Source: Blastocladiella emersonii ATCC 22665
Taxonomy: Eukaryota > Fungi > Blastocladiomycota
Assembly (NCBI GenBank): GCA_025594325.1
Contig: JANHCV010000010.1
Location: forward strand, 186,001 to 250,000
Reading direction: 5' to 3'
Length of the DNA: 64,000 nucleotides
Below are positions 33,597 to 44,795 of the stretch, in pieces. The stretch's first letter is position 1, and every line of letters starts with the position of its first letter. A program made the position numbers and the translations under genes. The notes under the pieces are model-generated. The model worked only from the letters and a program-made list of their open reading frames with translations. It ran no database searches and was not told the DNA's origin.

Positions 33597-33810
33597 GCGT
33601 GCTCTTCCGCATCCGAAAAACGTCGTTGCGGGCAGCTCGCCCTGTCTTCAAACATAAATCACGAGTATTTGTATTTGAAGCAACTGAACCCGTTTCCTTG
33701 TCTACGCTCGCTTGAGGTTCTCGCCCATCAGGATCTCGCTCGACGCGAGACCGCTTCTTCAGCATCATCACCGATAGCGAGGTCGCGTCGGGTCCTCGCT
33801 CTCGCAAACC

Positions 33811-34263
33811 ATGAATCCAGCAGCATCAGCAGCATCGACGGCCCATGCGCGGTCGCTGATGCGCCAACTCTTGCGCGTATGCTGCCTCACAACCCGTCCA
33901 TGAGAGCGACGCGCACTCACAGTCCCTCAACAGCTCGCCCGCGCGATGCCAACACCCGAACGCCGGCGCGTCGTAGAGCGGCGCACGCTGGCCGAGTTCC
34001 GCGCCAACGCGTCGCTCGCCGACCCGGCCGCCGTCACGGACGCGCTGCTCCTCGCCGAGGTCCAGATCGACAACCTCGCCATGCAGGTCAGCCACCTGCG
34101 CGAGCTCGCCGCGGCTCCGCTCATTGTGCCCGTCGATATCCACCAGCGCGCACCCGAGGCGAGTGGTGCGAGTCGGCGCGAGGAGACGGAGCGCAGGGAC
34201 CGCGAGCGCGCCGCGTTGCGCGAGGCGGTGCGGCGGAGGCGGTTGCAGCAGCAGAAGGAGTAG
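33811..34263 (+). CDS. LYR-motif (Complex1_LYR-like) small mitochondrial-type protein
   Basis: Exons 33811-33876 and 33934-34263 give ARSLMRQLLR/LARAMP...RRTLAEFRAN, an LYR-like pattern. Confidence 0.65.
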
Positions 34264-34330
34264 ACGCGCGTGAGTAGAAGAACCGTTCATTGTATCCTTT
34301 TCGAATCCGTCAGCGATGCGCGGCGCGCCG

Positions 34331-35710
34331 TCACCCGTCCGCGTCGAGACTCGGCTCGCGCGCATGCCCCCGCGTCCGGCCCGACGACGGCGACGGCACG
34401 TCGAGCGTCGTCTGCGGACTCGCTCCACCCATGACGACCATGCGGCGGCGCTGGTTCGACGACGCGATGGGGAGCCGCGGGGACGCAATGCGCGGCGAGA
34501 GGTTCGGGTCGAGGCGCGCCGCGCTCAGGTCGCCCGTGGAGCTGCTGGCGCCGACGCCCGGGATCCCCGCAAACACGGAGGTCGCGGACCGGCTGAGCCG
34601 CGGCGCGGGCGCGGTCGCGGCGTGCACGCTGCCGAGCAAGGGCGTGCCGTACCCGCCGTGGTATGGGGTTGCTGCCGCGGCGAGCGTGCCCGTGAGCGAC
34701 GTGTACGACAGGGAGGGACCCAGTGGCGACGTCGGCGAGAGCGGCGGCGGGACGGGCGGCGGGTAGCCGTACGAGTAGGACGTGGCGGACTGGGCCTGGC
34801 GCGCCGAGATGACCTGGTTGAAGAACCCCGCGAACGCGTCGGACGACGGCGGCGAGTACATGCTCATGACGAGCTCGTTACCCGTCACCTCGAGGATGCT
34901 CGCGGACCGCGCGTGCGTCGGCGCGCCTGAGCCGAGGTCGCCGCCACTTGATGCCGAGGTGAACAGGCCGGGGACCAGGTCGCTCTTGGTGCCCACGATG
35001 AGGACGGGGATCCCGTTCGAGTACGGCGGCGCCCAGTCCGTCGGCGACATGGGGACAGCGGTGCGACCCGACCGCGGCGCTGCGGCGGTGGACGCGGGTT
35101 TGAGGATGGTCGCGCCGTCCTGCGCGTCGAGGACGTGGTTGACGTGCTTCCACATGGCGTCGAGCGTGCGCGGCACCGACAGGTCGTGCACGCCGATGAT
35201 CCCGTTGATGCTCGCGAACAGGACCGCGCGCGCGCCTGCGCCGAGGTGCCCGCGCGGTAGCGTCACGAGCTCGATCCAGTACGCCTTGCCGGTCGCGCCG
35301 TGATGGTGTATCTACTGTGCGTGGGCGACCGTCAAAGCGCGTCGGGGCGGTTGCGAGTGAAGATCACGCACCCGTACGCCGGTGAACGTCGACGTACTGA
35401 CGACGCCGCGCGCGTCCCCGCCCTTACCCCCGCCGCCGGTGCCGCCCCCGCTGCCGCCGAGCGACGCGTGGATGTGCGCGTCCGTCGACGTCAGGAACTG
35501 GAGCAAGGTCGACTTGCCCGTCGACGTGTCGCCGACAATGGCGATGCGGACCTTGACGTGCGGTTCAGGGACGCCCGATGGTGGCGATCCGCCGCTCAGT
35601 GACAGCGGCACGCTGAGCGCGGTCGAGCTGCCCCGGGGACTGCCGCGGCCGCTCGAGTCGCTCCCACCGCCGCCCATGCCGAGCGCGCTGTGGATCCATG
35701 AGACGGCCAT
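34331..35710 (-). CDS. RABL3: Rab-like protein 3 type atypical GTPase
   Basis: KVRIAIVGDTSTGKS P-loop; VR/IHHHG...AYWIELV across one intron; NGIIGVHDLS and ILIVGTKSDL; long disordered tail. Confidence 0.75.
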
Positions 35711-36293
35711 GGTAAGGTTGCAGTTACATAGAGAAGACGATGCGTGTTTCGCGCATGGACATGGTGGAGAGCGAGCAGGTGCTGCGGGACACACCGCCGG
35801 CCTGATCACACCGTTGCCGCGGCGTTCGGGCCTCCTTGGCCAAGCGGGACACAGCGCTTGCGGTTCAACATAGAGTAGCAACTAGAGATCATGCTCTACA
35901 ACAGCGGTGCCGAGAAGTGTTGGTAAAGTCTTGGCCGCTGTGCGAACCCCAGTGGGCGCCCAAGGAGAGTCGACGAGGCACCTGGTATGCTGATAGAAAG
36001 GCGAGGAGGAAGTCACGGGAAGCTGTGGGATTAGTGTGCACGGAACAAGCCCGCGACTGCGAGGTTGGCAGCGAGCGCCGTGTGCGCTGCGACGGACAAG
36101 CGAGGCGAGCGGAGGACAGGGTCGAAGGGCTGGACGGGTCGAAGAGGAGGTCGAGGAGCAGGAGCAAGGTCGAAGTGTGGCTGTGGCTGAAAAACGCCAC
36201 GTGCGCTACCCGACTTGCAGCGCCTCGATTCCACGTCGTTTGCTTCGCTGCGACGTTTGGCTGCTCGCTCTCCACCATACGGCCAAACGGAAA

Positions 36294-37530
36294 ATGGCGT
36301 CCACTACGCGCGTACGCTAGCGCCATCCCCATCGCTCGGGAGGGGCTGCGACCGCGCGAGCGCAACGAAAACGACACCATGCACACTCCATGACACCAAC
36401 GATGCACTTTACCCCGCCGCGGTGACCACCTCGCGCCACGTCGCCACGTCGCCACGCCCAACCATCCGCGCCGGCCGCCGCCCATCTCGCTACTCGGCAC
36501 TCTGCTCGTCGCTACGCTGGCGAAATTATCGCCGTTCGGGCAGCTGTCCGACTGCGCGTGACGCTGCGCTGACCCGCGGCCGAAATGCTGGTCGGAAATG
36601 CCGTCGACGCCAAGTCGTCACCGGCGACCATCCGCCGCGACGTCGCGCGCGCTCGGCCCGCTACCGTGACTATTGCTGCGCCCGGCGAACGAGCGCTCCC
36701 GCCCTCGCTGAACGCCGTCCGGCCGCTCGACCAGCGTCGTGCTGCGTGGGGAAACGCTGCTTGTGCAGAAACTCGTTTTCTACCTGGAAGCGGGCTGTTG
36801 CTGCGGGAAACGCCGTCACCCACAATCTCGTCATGGAGTGCTGCTTGCCGTCGTTTTCGTCGCGTTCGTCGTCGTGCGCCGTACCGAGACTCTGAACATG
36901 TGTTTTGGAGCCGTTTCGCTGACTTGACGCCTCCTCCGACTTCGCTGCTGCGCCACCCGCTCTTTCCCCTGCCCCCGCACTCGTCCTGTTCCCCTTGACG
37001 CCCTCTAGTTCAACGAGTACCAGGTCATTGGCCGCAAGCAGGTCACGGCCGCTGAGCCGAACCCGGCTCTGTACCGCATGCGCATCTTCGCGCCCAACAC
37101 GGTTGTGGCCAAGTCGCGCTTCTGGTACTTCCTCAAGCAGTTCCGCAAGGTCAAGAAGGCCACGGGCCAGATCGTGCAGGTCAACCAGATCCACGAGAAG
37201 AAGCCGACCCAGGTCAAGACCTTCGGCATCTGGCTCCGCTACGACTCGCGCTCGGGCACCCACAACATGTACAAGGAGTACCGCGAGCTGACCCGCACCG
37301 CCGCGGTCTTCGCGTGCTACCAGGACATGGCTGCCCGCCACCGTGCCCGCTTCCGCTCGGTCCAGATCATCCGCGTCGCCGAGGTCGCCACCAAGGACGT
37401 GCGCCGCCCCTACATCCAGCAGATCCTGGCCAAGAACCTCAAGTTCCCCCTGCCCCACCGCGTCCAGCGCGCCGCCTCCAAGCGCCACGAGTCGCTCTTC
37501 ATCGCCAAGCGCCCCTCGACCAACGCCTAA
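36294..37530 (+). CDS. RPL20: 60S ribosomal protein eL20 (L18a/L20)
   Basis: Exon 1 36294-36311 (MASTTR), 697-nt gtacgc...tag intron, exon 2 37009-37530: FNEYQVIGR...[21 protein letters not shown]...[15 protein letters not shown]...KFPLPHR. Confidence 0.95.
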
Positions 37531-37743
37531 ATGGGCTCCGAACGGTGACCTGGGTGGTGGGAGCAGTCGTCCGCGCCTCGCGTGCGGGCGGCGGTTCTCG
37601 TCGTGGACCGGGGTTGCTGCCGTTCCTCGCCCGGCTGCGGTTGTGCCCCGGCCCGTCGGGCGACCCAATACAGCATTGTTCTTTGAGCATCTCATTTGGT
37701 CTTCGTTGTCTTTTGAGTTTGATTCAAACCGTCATTCATCTAT

Positions 37744-39678
37744 TCATTCACTCGACGACGAGGACTGAGCAATGAGCTTGGACCCAATCTCCTGCGCGAC
37801 CTGCGGGTTCGCGCGTCCCTTGGACCGCGCAATGATCTGGCCAACGAGCCACGTCGCGTACTTGGCCTCGGCGATCCCGGCCTTGCGCGGGCTCGCCTTC
37901 ATCGCGGCCTCTGCCCACGCAGTGAGCTGCCCCGGGTCCGAGATGAGCGTCCACCCGTTCGCGTCCGCGATTTCGGGGGCGAGCCGCCGCGCGTCCCCAC
38001 TCGCCAGCATCGCGTCCAGCACCAGCTTGCCCGCCTTGCCCGAGATCACGCCGCGCTCCATGGCCAGCGGGATGCTCGCGAGCTGCGCGGGCGTCACGCC
38101 CCACCCGTGGCACGGGAGGGGTGCGTCGGCCGGGAGTGTGGCGGACTCGCGCAGCTTGGCCACGCGGCCCGTCAGGTCGTTGGCGAGCCACTGGTAGAAG
38201 GTCACGACGTGCGCGGGCGTCGGAGGGCGCATCGCGGCGAGGTACTCGGCGGCGGTCGCGGAGCCGGTCCACGGCTGGTCGTCGTTGTCGTTGGCGGCGG
38301 CGGTGGTGGTCGAGGCGGTCGGCGCGTCGTCGCTGCCAGTGAGCGCGTCGAGGTACCGCTGGCGCTGCACGTCCGGGTCGACGGCGGCCGAGTTCATGGG
38401 GCACACGTCGGTGAGCCACCGGATCTGGCTGGTCGAGAGCGCGGGGAACGCGGCCGCGACGGCGGCGCGGTTCGCAGCGGGGAGGAGCGGGAGCACCGAC
38501 TTGACGCGTTCGACGTCGGCCGGCGCGATGACGAGGCGCGGGAGGTCCGCGTCGGCGACGAACCGGTAATCGCGCGCCGTCTCTTTTGAGCGGAGCGGGA
38601 ACGTCTTCCCCGCGGCCGCGTCGAACCCGCGCGTCGCGCGCGCGCCCGTGTGCCCCGCGGCGAGGAGGGTCGACAGGCGGTCGATCTCGTACTCGAGCGC
38701 CTGCGTCAGGCCCGAGATGGTCGCAATGTTCTTGAGCTCGACGCGCTCCGAGGCGGCGACGCCGTTGATGGCGCGGCGCGCGTCGGTCCATTTGACCGAC
38801 ACGTTCACGTCCATGCGCAGGGAGCCCTCCTCGAGGTTCGCGCTGCACGTTGCGAGTGTGCGGAGGAGCGACTGCAGCGACTTGACGAGGGTCGCTGCCT
38901 CGATGGGCGTGCTATGGTGAAGTGTGAGTGTTCGGCGGAGATGGAGTCTGACATGAAAACGTACGTCATGTCGGGGCGCGTGACAATCTCCATGAGTGCC
39001 ATACCGGCGCGGTTGTAGTCGATGAACGTGGCCCCGTCCTCGTGCATCGACTTGCCCGTGTCCTGCTCGAGCTGGACCTGCTCGATGCCGACGCGGCACG
39101 GCGCGGCGAGGCCGTCAAACTGGTCGAGGACGAGCTCGCCGTTGACCGCAAGTGGGTCTACATGTCACAACCGTCAGTCCACGGTCTCGACGCGACACCA
39201 TCAACAAACGTACGCGTGCGCTGGGTGATCTGGTACCCGGACGGCAGGTCGGCGTAGTAGTAGTGCTTGCGCTCAAACTTGGACCAGGCCGGGATCGTGC
39301 ACCCGAGCGCGATCCCCGTCGCGAGCGCGAGCGCCATGGGCCCGCGCTGCAGCACGGGCAGGCTGCCGGGCAGCGCCACGTCGAACGGCTCCACGGCCGT
39401 GTTCGCCGGGCGGCCAAAGTAGTCGGTCGTCATGGCTACAACGAGGACTGTGAGACTTCGAAGTCGAGAACCTGGCGCACGCGAGGCGTACGCGAGAAGA
39501 GCTTGGTCCGGCTCGCGATCTGCGCGTGGAACTCGAGCCCGATCACCGGCCGCATGCCGTCGGGCAGCTTGCGAGCCTTGGACGCCTTGGTCGCGAGGCC
39601 GCGCAGGCCGCATTGCATCAAGTTTACATGGGTTAGGGCAGAGCCCGTCGGCGCGGCGAGCCGTCGAAGCGCGAGCAT
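37744..39678 (-). CDS. PET112: Mitochondrial glutamyl-tRNA(Gln) amidotransferase subunit B
   Basis: Presequence-like N-terminus; [70 protein letters not shown] and GRANPQ; several introns. Confidence 0.95.
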
Positions 39679-39998
39679 GGTTGTGAGGCGGGAGGACTTG
39701 ACCGCCGCGTGCGCTTGACCCGGCTTTCACCACCGCCGTCTTGTGTCGAGGACGGACCCGATGTCGCCGCCGTGATGCTAGTCCCGATGAGAGCTCGCCC
39801 GAGAGACTACTCGTCCCTTCCCAACAGTAGCCGACGACGTCACGCTCGATGGCGACGCGGAGAGCGCGTCCACGCCGGTCCGGGAGACACTCGCTCGCCC
39901 GCGCGAACGACGCGTCGCGAGCCGAGGTCGGCCGCCGTGAATCCAGAATCGTTGCTGACGCAGAGCACAACCATGACGCAAAGCACACGTAACACACC

Positions 39999-41576
39999 AT
40001 GAACTATCTCACGGCCATCATCGGTATTGTTGTGCCCGCCGAGGCGGCCAGCGCGCCACGGTGACCATCCTCATCAGCTCCTGACCCTCGCCCCTCTCAG
40101 CGTTCCCCATCTTCGTGCCGCTGTTCCTGTTCGAGCTCTTCATCTACGTCCGTGCCACAAGCTCGCGGTACCCAATGACGCTGCACCTGACGCGGGCGTA
40201 CCTGGCCGTCAGCTTCTTCCAGGCCACGTCGGTCGTGTTCTGGCTCGCGGGGTACATTGCCTCGACGCTCGACAGCGTCTACTCGGAGGGGTTCGGGGAC
40301 GGCGAGCGCTGTAACTGCTTTGGGCTCGTCGGTGCGGAAGGTACGCGAGACTAGGCGCGCGGGACGCGGAGCGGAGGAGCGAGCTGACCGTGGCGCAGTC
40401 CTCCTCTCCATCTTTCAGTGGATCATGACGTGCACGACCGCGTGGCAGGCGCTGCTCGTCCGCGGCATCTCGAGCAACAAGATGAGCACGGGCCACGTCT
40501 CGACGCGCAGTGGGTGGTTCAAGGCGTTCTGCGCGTTCTGCGCCGTCATGGCGGGGTACATGGTGCTCTCGTGGGTGACGTACGTGCTGCTGTGCCTCGA
40601 TCATCGCGGAGTAGTGCTTACCGTGCGAGTACTAGGTCGCACAACCGGCGATGCCCGCAGGGAACAAAGTACCTCGAGTGGTTCCAGCACCACCCGTACC
40701 CGGTGTGGCTCATCGTCGACATGGCGCTGTACAGCCTGATCGTGCGCCGGCTGCGCGACCTGCGGCGTGAGGTCGAGGCCAACCTGACCACGATCCACGT
40801 CGAGAGCGCCAACGAGCTCGCTCCACCACCAGCCGCCGAGTCGCCCAGCCTCGCACCCGCATCGCGCGGCATGGTGCAGTCCTCGAGCGGGCACATCACG
40901 CCGCTCGTGATCCCCGCCGTGTCCGTGTCGTCGGGCGGCGTCGCGGCCGTCAAGCGGTCGCTGTCGTCGCTCGCACCGTCGAAACGCAGCAAGCGCAAGG
41001 GTCCGACCGTCAAAGAGGTGCAGCTGCGAAGAACGGTCCGCACCTTCACGTACGCCTTCACCGTCACCATGGTCTCGGGCGTCACGGGCAGCATCTTCTT
41101 TTTCCTGCAGTATATCGTACGTGTTCGCGAGCTCGCTCTGCGTTGAGGGCGCCGCTGACTCTCTCGGCCGCGTGTAGGTCAGCATACCGGCCTTCTCCGT
41201 GATCGCATGCGTGTACTGCCTGTTCATGTACGTCGGGTACATGGCGCGGAGGACGCCCTTCATCATCATCTGGTGCGGCTTCTCGCTCCCGTGCTTGAAC
41301 GGCGTCAACCGGCTTGAGCCCGCCTCGACCATGGCCGCGTCCGTGTCGTCGTTCGAGCTGCCGCGGAGCGGGAGCGCGCTCGCGCACCACGGGCTGCTGA
41401 ACGCGACGTCCCCGGACACGCCGCGCCAGCACCTCATGCAGGGTTCGCCGACGGCGCCGTCGATCGCTGTCGAGGACCTGGGGACCGTGAAGCGGACCAT
41501 GTCGCTCAACGACTCTCCCGCGCAATCGTTCGAGTTCCACACGTCGGTCAGTATGGAACTCGTGGCAGAGAAATAG
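39999..41576 (+). CDS. Putative 7-transmembrane GPCR-like receptor, paralog A (441 aa)
   Basis: Exons 39999-40023, 40101-40340, 40399-40579, 40636-41116, 41178-41576 sum to 1326 nt in frame. Seven hydrophobic segments, a long Ser-rich loop between TM5 and TM6, and a Ser-rich tail. Confidence 0.75.
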
Positions 41577-41931
41577 ATCACGCCTTTTTGTTGCGCACTG
41601 GAGTGGAGATGGGAAGGGATCCGAATCGTCCATTTTTCCGCAAATGTCTCCAACGACGAGCCGGATATCACGTGGGCGGTGCGAGACGCGTCGTGAGACG
41701 CGTTTTTTTCGGCTTCCCGCCGCCGGAACTGGTGAGTAATGGACCAATCCGGCGTCTCACCACGCGTCTCCCGGACGTGCGACACGGTGCACTGCGACGC
41801 GTCGCGCCCCGTCTCGCCGGTTCGCAGCGTCAGTGCGCGCGCAGGGGAGTACAGCCGGGTCCTCGATCTCGTTCATGCTCCCTCCGCATCACGCACATGA
41901 GAGCTGCATAGACTAGCTGAAACTTGTCACC

Positions 41932-43463
41932 ATGAACTACTTGACCGCCATCATCGGTATGCATGGACCGCTGCAGCTGGCCGGGTGCGCGACCGCGATG
42001 CACCGCGCCCAGCCGGCCGGCGACTCCTGATGATCCCCCGTCCCGGACCTGACACGGATGACCGTCGGTAGCGTTCCCCGTCTTCAATATCCTGCTGCTG
42101 TTCGAGCTGTGGATGTTCTGGAAGGCGCCGCCGATAAACAACACGCTCAACCGCGAGCTGTCGCGAGCGTACCTCGCAGTGTCCGTGATCCAGACCGTCT
42201 CGGTGTGGTTCTGGTTCCTCGGGTTCGTCTTCTCCAAGGTCAACAACGTGTTCGGCGAGGGGTTCGCGCCGGGCGAGGAGTGCAACTGCTTCGGGCTCGT
42301 GGGCGCCGAGGGTACGGTCTCCATCGTCGCTCGCTCGCTCACGTCTCGAGTACTGACAGATGATTGCGTGTAGTGGTGCTGTCCATCTACCAGTGGATCA
42401 TGACGTGCTCGACGGCGTGGCAGGCGCTCAGCATCAGCCGCATCTCCATGTCCAAGGACGCGTCGGGCAAGTCGCGGCGCGGCGGGATCTGGTCGCTCGG
42501 GTACTACGTGTTCTGCGGGATCCTCGCGTGTTACACGGGCCTGTGCTGGGTCACGGCGCACAACCGCCGGTGCCCGCAGGGCGAAAAGTACCTGTTCGCC
42601 TTCCAGCACTACTTCTACCCGGTCTTCCTCGTCATCGACATGGTGCTCTACGGACTCACGGCGCGCAAGCTCCTGCAGCTGCGCAAACGGCTCGAGGCCA
42701 GCAACGTGCGGCCCGACGGCGCGGGGAACAAGTCGATGCACATCGGGCTCGCGCCCGCGCCGGGCAACGGGACCAACAACATCCCGCTCAGCGGCAGCAA
42801 CAGCCAGATCTCGTCATCCAACGGCGAGACGGGGAACTCGACGCCCGCGCTCCCGTCGGCGCAGTCCGGGTCCATGTCGGCCACCAACTCGCTCTCGGTC
42901 AAGAACGTCATGACACCGTCGCAGGGCCCGCGCAAGTCCCAGGCCGTCCGCAACATGCGCGAGACGGTCCGCACCTACACGCTCGCGTTCACGGTGACAC
43001 TCGTCACGGGGCTGATTGGCGTCGCCGTGTTCTTCCTCCAGTTTGTGGTACGTCGCGTCCGCGGTTCGCGGCCGTGGTGGAGGTGATCCGTCGCTGACCG
43101 TGGCCATCGACCTCGCGTGTAGGCCAACATCCCGCAGTTCAGCCTGATCGCGTGCATCTACTGCCTGCTCATGTACATTGGTACGCACTTTTTTCTCGTC
43201 GCACCGATGGCCACCGCCTCTCACCCTCTCCTCCCTTTGTAGGCTACGTGGCGCGCCGGACGCCGTTCCTGATCATGTGGTGCAAGTACGACCTGCCGCC
43301 GTGGATGCGCCGGCGGAACACGATCCTGGTCGCGGCGCCGCCGGGCAGCAGCAACAACACGTCGGCCATGCCGCTCAAGGGCAACGGGTCGACGCTCATG
43401 CTCAGCGTGCCAACAGCCAGCGCGGCCATTTCGCGGTCGTCGTCCAACCTGTCGCCGGCGTAG
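41932..43463 (+). CDS. Putative 7-transmembrane GPCR-like receptor, paralog B (405 aa)
   Basis: Exons 41932-41956, 42072-42311, 42374-43047, 43123-43180, 43243-43463 sum to 1218 nt. Shares MNYLTAII/AFP, ECNCFGLVGAE, QWIMTCxTAWQAL, HNRRCPQG and ARRTPF with paralog A. Confidence 0.75.
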
Positions 43464-43671
43464 TATGAGGCGCGAGGGCGGGCGGGTGATAGACGGTTTG
43501 CAGTTGTTCCATCGATATACACACACGCGATTAGACTGATAGAGCAGCACGCGCGAGACTTGCGAGGGTGGGAGAGCAACGATTTATCAAGACAGCGAGT
43601 GGGACGCGAGTGAGCGGGGAGAATGTACAAGGTCGAGCGAGAGTCAAAGCGAGACGCCGAGGGGAGGGGAA

Positions 43672-44289
43672 TCAGTGGATGTACGACATGAACGGCGGCG
43701 GCGCGCCCGTGATGGGCTGCGGCGTGTAGGCCATGTCGGGCGGCGCGTACGACGGATCGGGGAGCGGTGCGCCCGTGGCGAGCGGTAGCCATGCCGGCGG
43801 CGCGCCGTGCCCGTTGCCGTTGCCGCGCGGGACCTGGCCCGTCGCGGCCGAGCTCGCGATCGCCATGGCCGAGATCTGCTGCGCCAGCGTGTAGTTGACG
43901 GCCGTCGGGGCGGGCGGCGCAGCGGGAGCGGGAACCGGTGTCGACGTTGATGGCGGGGACCGCGAATGGACCGCGCGCCAGCCCGTGTAGACGGGCGCCG
44001 AAGCCGAGCTCGGCGCGGGCCGCGCCGGCTGCTCGAGATGGAACGCCGTGAGCATGGCCGACAGGTCGTCCTCCTGCGTCGACACGGGCGGGATGTAGTG
44101 CGAGCCCATGGACGCCAGAAACCGCACGTCGTTGGCGGGCGGGGCCCCGGGGACAGGCGGGCGCGGGACCGCCGCCGGGGCGGGCTGCTTGGGCAGCGCC
44201 GACGCCTGCATCGCGCTGCCGCCGTGGTGGTAGTAGTGGTGAATGTACTGCTCGGCGCAGTAGCCGGGCTCGGGGCAGTCGATATCCAT
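43672..44289 (-). CDS. Hypothetical Pro/Ala-rich low-complexity protein (205 aa)
   Basis: Single ORF with GC3 bias like neighbouring genes; no recognisable domain. Confidence 0.55.
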   Translation of the reverse strand: MDIDCPEPGYCAEQYIHHYYHHGGSAMQASALPKQPAPAAVPRPPVPGAPPANDVRFLASMGSHYIPPVSTQEDDLSAMLTAFHLEQPARPAPSSASAPVYTGWRAVHSRSPPSTSTPVPAPAAPPAPTAVNYTLAQQISAMAIASSAATGQVPRGNGNGHGAPPAWLPLATGAPLPDPSYAPPDMAYTPQPITGAPPPFMSYIH

Positions 44290-44795
44290 GGCGTCTGTGG
44301 GTGGTGGTCGTGGGAGAAGAGCGCTGTGCGATGGGCGTCCCCTGCATGAAAGGGTTCAGCGGCGGCGGGCCGGAAAGCGCGTCTCTCGCGGCGCCACCCG
44401 CCCGACGCCCTCACGTGCCGCCCGCGACGCGTTAATTTAGACCCGCTGTCTCGCGCTCGACTCGCGCTCCTCTGGTGCCCGCGTCGTCCGGCAGCTGTGT
44501 GAGCGGGCGGGAAGTCGCGGTGGATGCTCGGTCGTCCACGGGCGCCGACGTGGCGGCGATCGCGGGCGACCGGACCGCGAGCAACCTCGGGCAGGATCGT
44601 GGCGACCCGACAAGTAAAGTTTTCTTGTCCAGCCGAGCTCTAGGACGCACAGGGGTTGCGTTGCCGGGCAGCCGTCGTCGCGGATCGCCGGTTGACGACG
44701 GCGCACGTGGTGCCGATCGGCCACAACACGCGAGACGCGTTTGTCTCGCGTTTCTGCCCGCTCTCCTCGCTCCGCCAAGCAGCAGCGATAATATC

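Noticed and set aside
39999-43463. 7TM pair as microbial or animal-type opsins
   Set aside because: No Lys within predicted TM7 for a retinal Schiff base.
44475-44795. Upstream extension of the PPR ORF
   Set aside because: Begins at a non-ATG codon in intergenic-like sequence; ATG 44796 preferred.
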